Assembly (NCBI GenBank): GCA_003818595.1
Contig: RPQV01000002.1
Location: forward strand, 1-38,628
DNA length: 38,628 bases
Reading direction: 5' to 3'
From: Calditrichota bacterium
GTDB taxonomy: Bacteria > Zhuqueibacterota > Zhuqueibacteria > Residuimicrobiales > Krinioviventaceae
The position numbers and the translations under genes are program-made. The notes under the pieces are model-generated. The model ran no database searches. It worked only from the letters and a program-made list of their open reading frames with translations, and was not told the origin of the DNA. Every line of letters starts with the position of its first letter. The first letter of the stretch is position 1. This document shows positions 1-9,537 of the stretch, one piece after another.

Positions 1-788
1 AACATGATACGACGCTCATTCTCAGCAGAAACCAGAGGAAGCAGATCTCGAAGATTTTTGGTCCCGGTTCCTTCACGAATCATGATGTGCATTCCGAGTC
101 GAAGTTTTTCCTGGGCTTCGTCAAAAGTGGTGCATTCATGATCGGATTCGATTCCGGCAGCAATGTAGGCGTTCAGGTCTCGGCCTGACAAACCAGGAGC
201 ATGGCCGTCAATGCGTTTGCCATCGACGATGCGCAATTTATCCAGTACATCGGGATCGCCCTGGAGTACGCCAGGATAATTCATCATCTCCGCTAAACCC
301 ACGACCCACTTTTCACGCAAAAAGGGGAAAATATCAAAAGCGCGCAACTCTGAACCTGCGGTTTCAAGCGGAGAGGAGGGAACGCAGGAAGAGAGCGTGA
401 AAAATACATTGAGGGGATTGTATTTGCTGGATTCCATCATATAGCGTATGCCTTCATACCCGAGCACATTGGCAATTTCATGCGGATCAGCGATCACGGA
501 TGTTGTCCCCAAAGGCAACACAGCACGAGTGAACTGCGGAACTTGTACCATTGAGCTTTCTATATGGACGTGCGCATCAATAAATCCCGGGGCGACAAAA
601 GCCCCATCGAGGCTTTGCTCCTGAATTCCTTCGTAGCCTTTTCCCAGGCCGACAATTGTTTCGCCCAACAAGGCGATATCGGTTTTAATGATTTCCCCTG
701 AAAAAACATTGACAACCTGGGCGTTGCGCAAAACCAAGTCGACCGGTTGGATTCCACGCGCAGCCTGGATTATTTCTTTTAATGTCAT
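1..788 (-). CDS. ade: adenine deaminase, N-terminal part (gene continues past window start)
   Basis: Absent from the ORF track because it runs off the edge. My translation from ATG at 788 reads MTLKEIIQAARGIQPVDLVLRNAQVVNVFSGEIIKTDIALLGETIVGLGKGYEGIQEQSLDGAFVAPGFIDAHVHIESSMVQVPQFTRAVLPLGTTSVIADPHEIANV... It has the amidohydrolase HxH metal site (DAHVHIESS) and the ADPHEIANV block typical of adenine deaminase. Confidence 0.8.
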   Translation of the reverse strand, partial: MTLKEIIQAARGIQPVDLVLRNAQVVNVFSGEIIKTDIALLGETIVGLGKGYEGIQEQSLDGAFVAPGFIDAHVHIESSMVQVPQFTRAVLPLGTTSVIADPHEIANVLGYEGIRYMMESSKYNPLNVFFTLSSCVPSSPLETAGSELRAFDIFPFLREKWVVGLAEMMNYPGVLQGDPDVLDKLRIVDGKRIDGHAPGLSGRDLNAYIAAGIESDHECTTFDEAQEKLRLGMHIMIREGTGTKNLRDLLPLVSAENERRIM

Positions 789-816
789 ATTGTCTCATCG
801 ATTATCAGTAGTCAGT

Positions 817-1650
817 TTATTCATCCAACATGGCGATTTGCGCAATTATTTCGCTCAGCAGTCCTTGAAGTCGTTTTCCGGCCGCATCAGCCGTTTGGGT
901 GACTTCTGTGTGGCTGAGTTCATTTTTAGCGAGTCCGGTGGCCAAGTTGGTGATCAAAGAAATTCCCAACACCGAAAGATGACGCTGTCGGGCAACAATG
1001 ACCTCGGGGGCAGTGGACATCGAAACGGCATCTCCGCCAATCAGGCGCAGCGCGCGGACCTCTGCAGCTGTTTCATAATTGGGACCTGTCACCCAGCAGA
1101 AAACGCCTTTTCGAAAAGGCTGGTGAAATTTTTCACCCACGCGGTCGGCAATGTCCATCAATCGAGGATCAAAGGGAGATGACATGTCCGGGAAACGGAC
1201 GCCGAGCAGATTATCGGGTTTGCCGACCAAAGGATTGTGAAAGGTGAAATTGATCATGTCAGAAATCAGCATCAAATCACCGGGCCTGAAATCCGGATTT
1301 AATCCGCCGCTGGCAGTGGTGAGGATGAGATAGGGGATACGCAAGCCTGCTAATAGATGAACATAATAGGTGACACTGCTCAGGCTGTAACCTTCGTAAT
1401 AATGAACGCGTCCCTGGATACAAAGCAGCGGAATGTTACCCAATGTACCGATGATCCATCGGCCCCAATGTCCTGGAACTGTTGAAACAGGGTAGTGGGG
1501 AATATCCGATGTCGGGATGATACAAGGATTCTCCAATGAATCAGCAATTCGCCCCATACCCGATCCCAAAACCAACGCGATGCGCGGACTGATCGTGAAT
1601 CTCGGCTTGAGAAATGTCAAAGACTCTTTGACTTTATCTTTGAGGAGCAT
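817..1650 (-). CDS. punA: purine nucleoside phosphorylase (trimeric PNP/MTAP family)
   Basis: 277-aa ORF with LVLGSGMG near the N-terminus, GRVHYYEGY, and GGDAVSMSTAPEV, the PNP phosphate and ribose binding blocks. Confidence 0.85.
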   Translation of the reverse strand: MLLKDKVKESLTFLKPRFTISPRIALVLGSGMGRIADSLENPCIIPTSDIPHYPVSTVPGHWGRWIIGTLGNIPLLCIQGRVHYYEGYSLSSVTYYVHLLAGLRIPYLILTTASGGLNPDFRPGDLMLISDMINFTFHNPLVGKPDNLLGVRFPDMSSPFDPRLMDIADRVGEKFHQPFRKGVFCWVTGPNYETAAEVRALRLIGGDAVSMSTAPEVIVARQRHLSVLGISLITNLATGLAKNELSHTEVTQTADAAGKRLQGLLSEIIAQIAMLDE

Positions 1651-1751
1651 TCAATCGCCTTTTCATTGGGGTTATTGGAGACGATATCAAAATTCAATTC
1701 ATGATCGCTGAGGCCCATGCTCGTGATATATCAGTGAGCCTCTCTCTCGCA

Positions 1752-3356
1752 TCAGATCAACATTCCTGCTATCGCTGCCGTCATCCAGGAGACAAAAGCA
1801 CCCGCCATCATTGCGCGGAGCGCAATACGTGAAAGGTCAGAACGCCGCGACGGCGCCAAGGCGCCGATTCCGCCGATCTGAATACCGATCGACGAAAAGT
1901 TGGCAAAACCACACAGCGCATAAGTGGCGATGGTCACCGAACGAGGCGACAGGACACCTTGATTGATGTATTTAGCCAATTCCGCATAACCAACGAATTC
2001 ATTGACGGCAATTTTAATGCCCAACAAATTGCCGACTTGGAGCGCTTCCTTCCACGGGACACCGATTAAAAACGCAATGGGTGAAAAAAGCGTTCCCAGC
2101 AAAGTTTTCAAGCTGCCCGGGAAAATGCCGGCATACTCGTTGTTTGCACTGATGAGCTGACCACCCAGCAAACGCGCATCGACGAGGCGATCCAGAAAAC
2201 CCAACAGTAAATCCACCAAACCGATCAGGGAGATAAACGCGATCAACATGGCACCAACGTTCACTGCCAATTTCAGTCCATCAGTAACACCCCGGGCAGC
2301 TGCATCAAGCAGGTTATCAGCCCTTGCCACCTGCGGCATGCTGACATCGCCGGCTGTTTTCGAATGGTCTGTTTCCGGCAAGAGTATTTTCGCCAAAACC
2401 AATGCCCCGGGTGCTGCCATGACGCTGGCTGCAATGAGATGAGCAGAACTGATGCCCATACGAATGTATCCCGCCATCACTCCGCCCGCAATGGTGGCAA
2501 AACCGCCGATCATGACAGCGTGAAGTTCCGATATGGTCATATCTTCCAAAAAAGGTTTAATCAGCAGCGGGGCTTCGGTTTGTCCAACGAATATATTCGC
2601 AGTACATGAGAGTGTTTCGGCGCCGCTGGTTCCCATGGTCCAAAGCATGAAGCGAGCCATCGTTTTTACGATTGCCTGCATGATGCCAAGATAATAAAGG
2701 ATCGACATTACCGCCGAAAAAAAGATTATAGTCGGCAGCACAGAAAATGCAAATTGAAAACCGAAACCCGGCCAAAAATCTGAATTTGGGGAAAAATATT
2801 GAGTTTTAATCAAATTGCCAAAAAGGAACTCGGTTCCTTTATCTGTAAGTTTGAGGAAACCTTCCACGCCGTGAGCCAGACGGGCGAAAATGGCCTCAGC
2901 GTAAATCCCTTTGCCAATCATCACTCCAAGGCCTACGAGCATCATGATCGAAAACAGATAGCGAGCCCATTTCTGCCATTTGCCGACCAGAGTGATCACG
3001 TAAAAAATGAGAGAAATCCAGAACAAATATCGCGCTAGTCCCGCTTTTTGCAGCCATACGGAAAGAAAAACTAAAGCAGCAGATGATATCAAAACGACTG
3101 CGGCGTTCGTGATCCGACGACGGGAGGAGATATTTTTGATCAGAAAATCATTGAACAAGAAAGCCAAAATGAGAAGTGCAAAAACAAACATTCCAATCCA
3201 GGAAATGATCGAATGACTGAGAATGATCGAAGCAAATAATATCTGCAACGCCAATCCCCAGAAAATTAAACGCGGCTTGATCGCTTTTCGGTTGTTCGAT
3301 AATAAAAAGGTGATGCTCAGAATTGCCAACAGTCCAATGATTCCAATAAATCGCAT
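1752..3356 (-). CDS. nupC: NupC/CNT-family concentrative nucleoside transporter
   Basis: Polytopic membrane ORF with C-terminal CGFANFSSIGIQIGGIGALAP and FVGQTEAPLLIKP blocks typical of NupC. I trimmed the start to M27 (MRFIGIIGLL, ATG at 3356). It is preceded by AGGGAG and no longer overlaps tdk. Confidence 0.85.
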   Translation of the reverse strand: MRFIGIIGLLAILSITFLLSNNRKAIKPRLIFWGLALQILFASIILSHSIISWIGMFVFALLILAFLFNDFLIKNISSRRRITNAAVVLISSAALVFLSVWLQKAGLARYLFWISLIFYVITLVGKWQKWARYLFSIMMLVGLGVMIGKGIYAEAIFARLAHGVEGFLKLTDKGTEFLFGNLIKTQYFSPNSDFWPGFGFQFAFSVLPTIIFFSAVMSILYYLGIMQAIVKTMARFMLWTMGTSGAETLSCTANIFVGQTEAPLLIKPFLEDMTISELHAVMIGGFATIAGGVMAGYIRMGISSAHLIAASVMAAPGALVLAKILLPETDHSKTAGDVSMPQVARADNLLDAAARGVTDGLKLAVNVGAMLIAFISLIGLVDLLLGFLDRLVDARLLGGQLISANNEYAGIFPGSLKTLLGTLFSPIAFLIGVPWKEALQVGNLLGIKIAVNEFVGYAELAKYINQGVLSPRSVTIATYALCGFANFSSIGIQIGGIGALAPSRRSDLSRIALRAMMAGAFVSWMTAAIAGMLI

Positions 3357-3369
3357 ATCTTCAGCTCCC

Positions 3370-3945
3370 TTACTTTTCTGGTTTAACTTCAAAAACTTCA
3401 TGGCAAAAGCGGCAGCGGGCCTCATAAATATCACCGGCGCCGACCACCACGCGCGCCGAATCCTTGCTCAAGCGCTGTGTTCTTCCTGCAGGGTTACCGC
3501 ATTTCACGCATATCGCCAGTGTTTTGGTGATATATTCCGCAACCGCTAAGAGCTGCGGAATTGGTTCGAACGGCTTTCCCGTATAATCTTGGTCTAACCC
3601 GGCGATAATAATCCGTTTTCCCGAGTCAGCGAGCTGTTGGCAAACCTGAACAAGCGATGAATCGAAGAATTGGGCTTCATCAATACCGATCACTTGTGCA
3701 TCCTGAGCTTTTTCCAAAATTTCTGTTGTTGATGATACCGGCGTCGAGGCGATTCGCTGCGAACTGTGAGAAACAATATGGTTTGTCGAATAACGATCAT
3801 CAATTTGCGGTTTGAATATCGCCACCCGCAGTTTTGCAATCTCTGCTCGACGCAATCGTCGGATCAACTCCTCAGATTTGCCGCTGAACATGGGGCCACA
3901 AATCACCTCTATCCATCCAATATCTTTATGAACGATGTTGAGCAT
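3370..3945 (-). CDS. tdk: thymidine kinase
   Basis: [18 protein letters not shown]-loop, IGIDEAQFF, and a C-terminal zinc ribbon (CVKCG...CRFCH). The start moved to ATG at 3945, which has AAGGAG 6 nt upstream. The track start at 3972 would overlap the upstream gene. Confidence 0.9.
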   Translation of the reverse strand: MLNIVHKDIGWIEVICGPMFSGKSEELIRRLRRAEIAKLRVAIFKPQIDDRYSTNHIVSHSSQRIASTPVSSTTEILEKAQDAQVIGIDEAQFFDSSLVQVCQQLADSGKRIIIAGLDQDYTGKPFEPIPQLLAVAEYITKTLAICVKCGNPAGRTQRLSKDSARVVVGAGDIYEARCRFCHEVFEVKPEK

Positions 3946-3962
3946 AAGGATCTCCTTTGGTC

Positions 3963-5141
3963 TTATTTCCACAGAACGGCATCGTTTGTTTTTATCGCAG
4001 TTAACGGAAGAGGTCTGTCCGCTGTAAAAATCATGAATGAATTCGGTTCTTCGATGATGACAAAAGATTCATCCGGTTTGGAGTCAGGCCCCAGCACTTG
4101 GGCGATATCCAGTTTGAAATGTCGGGCAAAAAATATGTACATCGGCACTCGCTTTGAATATCCATAGTCGTGTCCTTCATCGGCCAAATGGACAGTCCAC
4201 AAACGATCGGGGACTCCCGCCAAATCATAAACTCGTCGAACATAGGGAAACTCTACGCTCGGAGAATTTTTAGTCCAGTCTTGGCCGTCAGAGATCAGCA
4301 ACAGCGGCCGCGGTGCGGTGCAGGCTGCTATTTCAACATTGTTGGTCTGAAATGTCGCAGTTTTATGAATCGGTAAACCGCTTTCACAAACACAGCCGCC
4401 AAAAAAGTGCGCTGAAACCTGGACGACGGGCGCTGAAGCAGCAATTCGATCATCTACAGCTGTAAGGAGAAAAGACTGGGTTCCTCCACCCGATGCCCCG
4501 GTAATTCCGATGCGAGTGGAATCGACGAATCCCAAACTCAGCAGAAAATCAACGGCCCGGAGGCTGTTCCAAAGCTGCAGTTTCAACGTCTTGGGATGAC
4601 GATGAATCCAGCCGTATTGAACCATTTCCCCGTACCCCACCATATCATAGGCAAAGACAGCCGCACCCATTTTGGCCAGTGTGGCACAGCGGCGCTGCAT
4701 ATCCGGGCGATATCGACCATAATCTTCTGGCTTATCCCAATGACCGTGCACACATAATATTGCGGCGATATTTTCCGAGATGACTGCGGGGGTGTATAAA
4801 CTGCCGGTGACATACACTCCAGGCAAACTCTCAAAGGCAACATTGGTGACCGAATAATCTTTGTAATCCCGTCGCTCTGAAAAAATGGGATTCAATGGCG
4901 ACTTGGTCGGCAAAGGATCCAATTCTGCACCTATCATAATGAGGCGCCGGATTTGTTGCGCTCGGGCATGCCATTCGGCAGCGTTATGGTAAGTTGAAGC
5001 AAATTCCATCATTTTGACCTCTGCTTCAGCTTCGCTCCAATGGTAACCAACGCACAGAAGAGATGGTTCATCTGCCGCCTGAATCGGGGCATTACCAAGC
5101 AGAAAAATAGCCAGAAAAAACACTGCTGATTTTGAAATCAT
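3963..5141 (-). CDS. secreted alpha/beta-fold hydrolase (esterase / dienelactone-hydrolase-like)
   Basis: N-terminal signal peptide [26 protein letters not shown]. GxSxG nucleophile elbow in [12 protein letters not shown] and a late His in LADEGHDYG. Substrate cannot be read from the sequence. Confidence 0.6.
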   Translation of the reverse strand: MISKSAVFFLAIFLLGNAPIQAADEPSLLCVGYHWSEAEAEVKMMEFASTYHNAAEWHARAQQIRRLIMIGAELDPLPTKSPLNPIFSERRDYKDYSVTNVAFESLPGVYVTGSLYTPAVISENIAAILCVHGHWDKPEDYGRYRPDMQRRCATLAKMGAAVFAYDMVGYGEMVQYGWIHRHPKTLKLQLWNSLRAVDFLLSLGFVDSTRIGITGASGGGTQSFLLTAVDDRIAASAPVVQVSAHFFGGCVCESGLPIHKTATFQTNNVEIAACTAPRPLLLISDGQDWTKNSPSVEFPYVRRVYDLAGVPDRLWTVHLADEGHDYGYSKRVPMYIFFARHFKLDIAQVLGPDSKPDESFVIIEEPNSFMIFTADRPLPLTAIKTNDAVLWK

Positions 5142-5177
5142 GGTGAGCTCCGAAATTGCATAATATGGATGCCGGCC

Positions 5178-5810
5178 TCATTCCAATATTTTTAAAATAT
5201 GGTCGCGCACACACAGTATTTGATCATCAAAAATCGCATCATCCGTAATGATCATGTCAGCCGCACGGCTTGCGGGTTGCACAAATTGCCAAAACATCGG
5301 ACGAACCGTCTGCAAATACTGCTGAGTAACTGAATCGATTGTTCTTTCACGCTCAGTGATGTCCCGATGTAAACGGCGAATAAAACATATATCCAAAGGG
5401 GTATCGATATAGATACGATAATCAAAGATGTCTCGGCACGCAGGATGGCAAAATATAAGTATTCCATCAACAAGAACAACATCAGCCGGTCCGGCACTTG
5501 CGGTTTCAATGCGTCGCGTGTGACAGGAAAAATCATATAGAGGATGTTCGATCTGCCGGCCTGACCGCAAAAAGTGAAGATGATGAACCAACAACTCGAA
5601 ATCAACCGCATCAGGATGGTCGAAATTTACTTTTTCGCGTTGGTGAAGTGAAAGCATGGCTAAATCTTGATAGTAATCATCTTGTGATAAAATGATGGAG
5701 GAGAGCGGAGCAAGAAGTGTTTGAAGCTTGTGGGCGAAAAAGCTTTTCCCAGAACCTGAAGCTCCGCTGATGCCCACCAGCAGCGTTTTAGCAAGAGGAA
5801 AATCACTCAT
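5178..5810 (-). CDS. udk: uridine kinase
   Basis: GISGASGSGKSFFA P-loop, NFDHPDAVDF, and VLVDGILIF. The start trimmed to MSDFPLAK (ATG at 5810) overlaps the cdd stop by 8 nt. Confidence 0.85.
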   Translation of the reverse strand: MSDFPLAKTLLVGISGASGSGKSFFAHKLQTLLAPLSSIILSQDDYYQDLAMLSLHQREKVNFDHPDAVDFELLVHHLHFLRSGRQIEHPLYDFSCHTRRIETASAGPADVVLVDGILIFCHPACRDIFDYRIYIDTPLDICFIRRLHRDITERERTIDSVTQQYLQTVRPMFWQFVQPASRAADMIITDDAIFDDQILCVRDHILKILE

Positions 5811-6198
5811 GCGAAAGAAAGCCCTCATCAAAGGCATGAGGGAAAAAATCGGCGAGATTATATTGTATCGACCTGCCACTTTTCGAAATCAGAATGACGG
5901 GGATTCCCCGCGTGAAATCCCACAATACTTGACGGCAGGCGCCGCAAGGTGGGCAGAATTGATCAGCATTCGAGGCAATGGCAATCGCTGAAAATTGTCG
6001 TTCTCCCGATGATAACGCCTTGAACAAGGCAACTCTTTCAGCACACATTGTCAATCCGTAAGAACTGGATTCGATATTGCATCCCTCATAAATTATGCCT
6101 GAATCCGTCATCAATGCGGCTCCGACAGGAAATCTTGAAAAAGGAGCAATTGCCTTTAGTTTGGCTTCCAAAGCGCGGTCAATTAATTCCTGCCACAT
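5803..6198 (-). CDS. cdd: cytidine deaminase
   Basis: 131 aa with the CAERVALFKA (H/C-A-E) and PCGACRQVL zinc-binding motifs of the small tetrameric CDA family. Confidence 0.9.
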   Translation of the reverse strand: MWQELIDRALEAKLKAIAPFSRFPVGAALMTDSGIIYEGCNIESSSYGLTMCAERVALFKALSSGERQFSAIAIASNADQFCPPCGACRQVLWDFTRGIPVILISKSGRSIQYNLADFFPHAFDEGFLSHE

Positions 6199-6219
6199 GA
6201 TAAAGTTTCCCGATTAAAG

Positions 6220-6253
6220 AAAAAAAATCCGAAACCTGAGACAGGTTTCGGAT
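6220..6253 (-). terminator. intrinsic terminator downstream of ssb
   Basis: Perfect 11-bp stem tccgaaacctg / caggtttcgga (6228-6238 and 6242-6252) with a 3-nt loop. On the minus strand a run of 8 U follows (A-run 6220-6227). Confidence 0.75.
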
Positions 6254-6281
6254 GAATTGGATCAATGGATTTTACCACACT

Positions 6282-6722
6282 TTAAAATGGAAGATCATCG
6301 GCTTCTTCGGCGCGAGGTTCTGAAACGTGACTGTCTTCAGGCATTGGTGGAGGTGCGGATGCGCCAGAACTTTCACTGCGTCCGTCGAGCAATTGAACCT
6401 GATCAGCTGTCACTTCGGTTATGTATCTTTTGACGCCGTTTTGATCATCCCAGGAGCGGGTAGAGAGTTTACCTTCAACAAAAATGCGGCTCCCTTTTTT
6501 AAGGTAAGGCGAAAGTACCTCAGCCTGCTTACGCCAAAGGACAACTCGGGTCCATTCAGTGTTCTCAACCGGATTGCCGTCCTGGCCTTTGTAGCTGGTA
6601 TTGGTTGCGATGCTTAATGTCAACACTGCCGCACCTGACGGCGTGTATTTAAGTTCGGGATCTTGTCCCAAACGCCCGATAAGCATCACTTTGTTTAAGG
6701 TGCCTTTGCTGTCGAATGCCAT
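6282..6722 (-). CDS. ssb: single-stranded DNA-binding protein
   Basis: OB-fold N-terminus NKVMLIGRLGQDPELKYTPSGAAV and an acidic tail ending DDLPF. The start at M3 (ATG 6722) has better spacing from the GGGGG Shine-Dalgarno than the track start at 6728. Confidence 0.9.
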   Translation of the reverse strand: MAFDSKGTLNKVMLIGRLGQDPELKYTPSGAAVLTLSIATNTSYKGQDGNPVENTEWTRVVLWRKQAEVLSPYLKKGSRIFVEGKLSTRSWDDQNGVKRYITEVTADQVQLLDGRSESSGASAPPPMPEDSHVSEPRAEEADDLPF

Positions 6723-6839
6723 ATGCATACCCCCTTTATAAAGTTAATCTTGTTATAGTGAACTGTAAATTCATCTTATCAAATATTTTTAAAATTATCA
6801 AGTATTATTTTTCCATAATTGGGGGGATCATGTGTGCCT

Positions 6840-7514
6840 CTAGTTTTTCACAGGCGGATTTGATACAGAGTGCGGTTCGTCAAAATCGAGAACTGTATAA
6901 ATTTCGAGCGAGGATATTGCGCCTTCTCGCACAATTCGCGCGGGAGTTCTGGTGAAATCCACCAGAGTGGACGGAAGATTATCCGGTGTCGCTCCGCCGT
7001 TTATTATCAAATCCAGTTGATCTCCAAAAGCTTCTTTAACTTCTTCGGCGGTGGTGGCAGCCGGTTCATTGGAACGATTGGCACTGGTTGAAACAATGGG
7101 AAATCCGGTTTCCTTTAAAAGCTCCAAACAAATACTGCAGTCAGGTATTCGCACGGCGATTGTTCTGGATTTGCTGAAAGGAAAATCTTCAAATCGGCTT
7201 GATGCCTGGAGGATGAGGGTCAGCGGTCCCGGCCAAAAATTCTCAATCAATTTTTCAGCAGCCTCAGGGATAACCTGCACGAGTTCATGCACCTGAACCA
7301 TATCTCCGGCGATGATGATCATTGCCTTGCTGCGGTCACGATTTTTCAGTTGATAAATGCGTTCCACTGCTTTGACATCGAAAGCGTTGCAACCGATGCC
7401 ATAGATTGTTTCTGTCGGATATCCGATGACGCCGCCCTTCTTGAGCACTCGCGCCGCCTGTTCAATCAGATGAGATTCAGGTTGAAGATGATTGATTTCA
7501 ATAAAGGAACTCAT
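6840..7514 (-). CDS. tsaC: L-threonylcarbamoyladenylate synthase (YrdC/Sua5 family, single-domain)
   Basis: GGVIGYPTETIYGIGCNAFD, WPGPLTLIL, and VSTSANRSNEP are the YrdC-domain signatures. Confidence 0.8.
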   Translation of the reverse strand: MSSFIEINHLQPESHLIEQAARVLKKGGVIGYPTETIYGIGCNAFDVKAVERIYQLKNRDRSKAMIIIAGDMVQVHELVQVIPEAAEKLIENFWPGPLTLILQASSRFEDFPFSKSRTIAVRIPDCSICLELLKETGFPIVSTSANRSNEPAATTAEEVKEAFGDQLDLIINGGATPDNLPSTLVDFTRTPARIVREGAISSLEIYTVLDFDEPHSVSNPPVKN

Positions 7515-7572
7515 GGCCGTTTCTTATACAAAGATTTTGGCAATATACAAAAAAATGATGCAATAATTCAAG

Positions 7573-9426
7573 TTATTCATTTTGAAACTGCATTTGATAA
7601 AGTTGTTTGTATACACTCGAACGTGACATCAGCTCGTGATGGTTTCCAATGTCAGTGATTATTCCGTTTTCCATTACGACAATCTTATCAGCATGCAGAA
7701 CCGTGGACAACCGATGAGCGATGGCAAGGACAGTTCGATTCTTCATCAGATGATCAATCGCGCTCTGAACCAGTTTTTCTGATTGAGTATCAAGGGCAGA
7801 TGTGGCCTCATCCAAGATCAAAATAGGGGTATTTTTAAGTATAGCCCTGGCAATGGAAATCCGCTGGCGCTGGCCGCCTGACAAAGTGACGCCTCGTTCT
7901 CCGATAATCGTATCCAGTCCACTTTCCATCCGTTCGATGAATTCCCAGGCATTTGCGCTTTTAGCGGCATTGATGATTTCCTCATCAGTAAAATTCGGTA
8001 CTCCATAACCGATATTCATACGCACACTGTCATTGAACAAAATGGTTTCCTGAGTGACGATCCCAATTTGGTCGCGCAGGGAGGTCAAAACCAGATCGCG
8101 CACATCGACGCCATCAATGGTCACAGATCCGGAAGTGACATCATAGAACCGCGGAATAAGATCAACTAACGTCGATTTTCCCACACCACTGTGCCCAACA
8201 AACGCGACCATTTCCCCTTTATTAATGGTCAAATTAATATCCTTCAGAACGGGTATCTCCGGATTATAGGAAAAAAATACATTCTTGAAAACGATTCCCG
8301 TGGCGAAATTGGAAGCGGTTCTGGCGCCTGGTTTTACATAGACCTCTATTGGCCGGTCGAGGAACGTAAAGATACGTTCAGCGGCTGCCAATCCTGACTG
8401 CAGGACATTATTTAATCCTGATAATTCTTTTAAGGGCTGGAAAATCATGAACAAGAAAACGAGAAAACGTATAAAGTCTTCAGCATTGATCCCCTGCCCC
8501 TGAAACACCATGATTCCACCATACCATAGCAGGACAGTGAAAATCAGCACACCGATAGTCTCGCTGAGAGGTGAAGTCAGAGCATCGAGGCGTTTGGCAC
8601 GAAATGATTTGACAAAATAGTTGTCATTTATGGCTTTAAATTTAGCAATTTCGCGAAATTCAGCCGTGAATGCCTTAACGATCCGAATCGCCGAAATGGA
8701 TTCCTGAAATGTGGTGACCACCATTGATATCTGTTCCAGGACGCGTCGGCTCTTACGGCGCATGCTCTGCCCAATTTTGACAATGATATAACCGCTGACG
8801 GGTATCAGTATAAAAGTGGCCAAGGTCAGCTTCCAGCTGATCAAAATGAGGACAATGAGATAGGTAACGACCTGCAGAGGAGACAGAAATATTTTGACGA
8901 AACTGCTGTCCAAAACCGTTTGAATTCCATGGACGTCGTTGAATACAATTGAGGTGAGGGCGCCAGTGTGTTGCTTGTGAAAGAAGGAAAGCGGAAGTCT
9001 CAGAATTTTACTCTGCAGTTCATTGCGCAACTGCACGACAATTTTCATCTGTGTGTAATAAAAAAAGAGACGGTGCAGATAATTGGATATATTTTTGAAA
9101 AAGAAAGAGACAAAAATAATGATGCAGACCAGACGGAGTGTATCCTTTTTATCATCCTGGATCAACAGGGCCGAAATAGTTGCTTTAAGTTTGTCGTATG
9201 TTCTTTGGCTTTGCAATTGGCTGCTGATCCATTGTTCACGACTTGAATCATCTGCAGTCTGTTGCTGAACAGTGTTATCATTAGTGAAAAGTTCACGCAC
9301 AAAATCTGCGGAAACCCATACTGAAATAGCATTGAAAAAGACAAAGGTGACAGTGAAAAAGAAACCGATCGAGACCGGTTTCCAATAGGGTCTAATGTAA
9401 CGAAGAATGCGTAGATACAGCTTCAT
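7573..9426 (-). CDS. ABC exporter, fused permease-ATPase, MsbA-like (candidate lipid A/LPS flippase)
   Basis: 617 aa with six N-terminal TM helices, Walker A GHSGVGKST, ABC signature LSGGQRQR, and Walker B ILILDEATSALD. The MsbA role is inferred only from architecture and the LPS gene context. Confidence 0.7.
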   Translation of the reverse strand: MKLYLRILRYIRPYWKPVSIGFFFTVTFVFFNAISVWVSADFVRELFTNDNTVQQQTADDSSREQWISSQLQSQRTYDKLKATISALLIQDDKKDTLRLVCIIIFVSFFFKNISNYLHRLFFYYTQMKIVVQLRNELQSKILRLPLSFFHKQHTGALTSIVFNDVHGIQTVLDSSFVKIFLSPLQVVTYLIVLILISWKLTLATFILIPVSGYIIVKIGQSMRRKSRRVLEQISMVVTTFQESISAIRIVKAFTAEFREIAKFKAINDNYFVKSFRAKRLDALTSPLSETIGVLIFTVLLWYGGIMVFQGQGINAEDFIRFLVFLFMIFQPLKELSGLNNVLQSGLAAAERIFTFLDRPIEVYVKPGARTASNFATGIVFKNVFFSYNPEIPVLKDINLTINKGEMVAFVGHSGVGKSTLVDLIPRFYDVTSGSVTIDGVDVRDLVLTSLRDQIGIVTQETILFNDSVRMNIGYGVPNFTDEEIINAAKSANAWEFIERMESGLDTIIGERGVTLSGGQRQRISIARAILKNTPILILDEATSALDTQSEKLVQSAIDHLMKNRTVLAIAHRLSTVLHADKIVVMENGIITDIGNHHELMSRSSVYKQLYQMQFQNE

Positions 9427-9455
9427 TTTATAATGTCGTCTTTGATGGTTAAGAT

Positions 9456-9484
9456 TTGCGTATTATTCTACAATTGAGTAAATT
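9456..9484 (+). promoter_or_regulatory. candidate sigma-70-type promoter for the plus-strand glycosyltransferase pair
   Basis: TTGCGT (9456-9461), a 17-nt spacer, then TAAATT (9479-9484) in the divergent msbA-like/GT4 intergenic region. Pattern match only. Confidence 0.3.
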
Positions 9485-9537
9485 TGTTGTCGATAAATAT
9501 AAAGATAAAAATTATAACTGCATACGAGTTTTTTGCC

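Noticed and set aside
688-1182. 164-aa plus-strand ORF
   Set aside because: It lies entirely antisense to the well-supported adenine deaminase and PNP genes. The composition is low-complexity with no recognisable motif, so it is a shadow ORF.
4682-4698. TGGCAC hexamer resembling a sigma-54 -24 box
   Set aside because: There is no TTGC at the required spacing (the sequence reads TGGCACAGCGGCGCTGC). It lies on the plus strand inside a minus-strand coding region.
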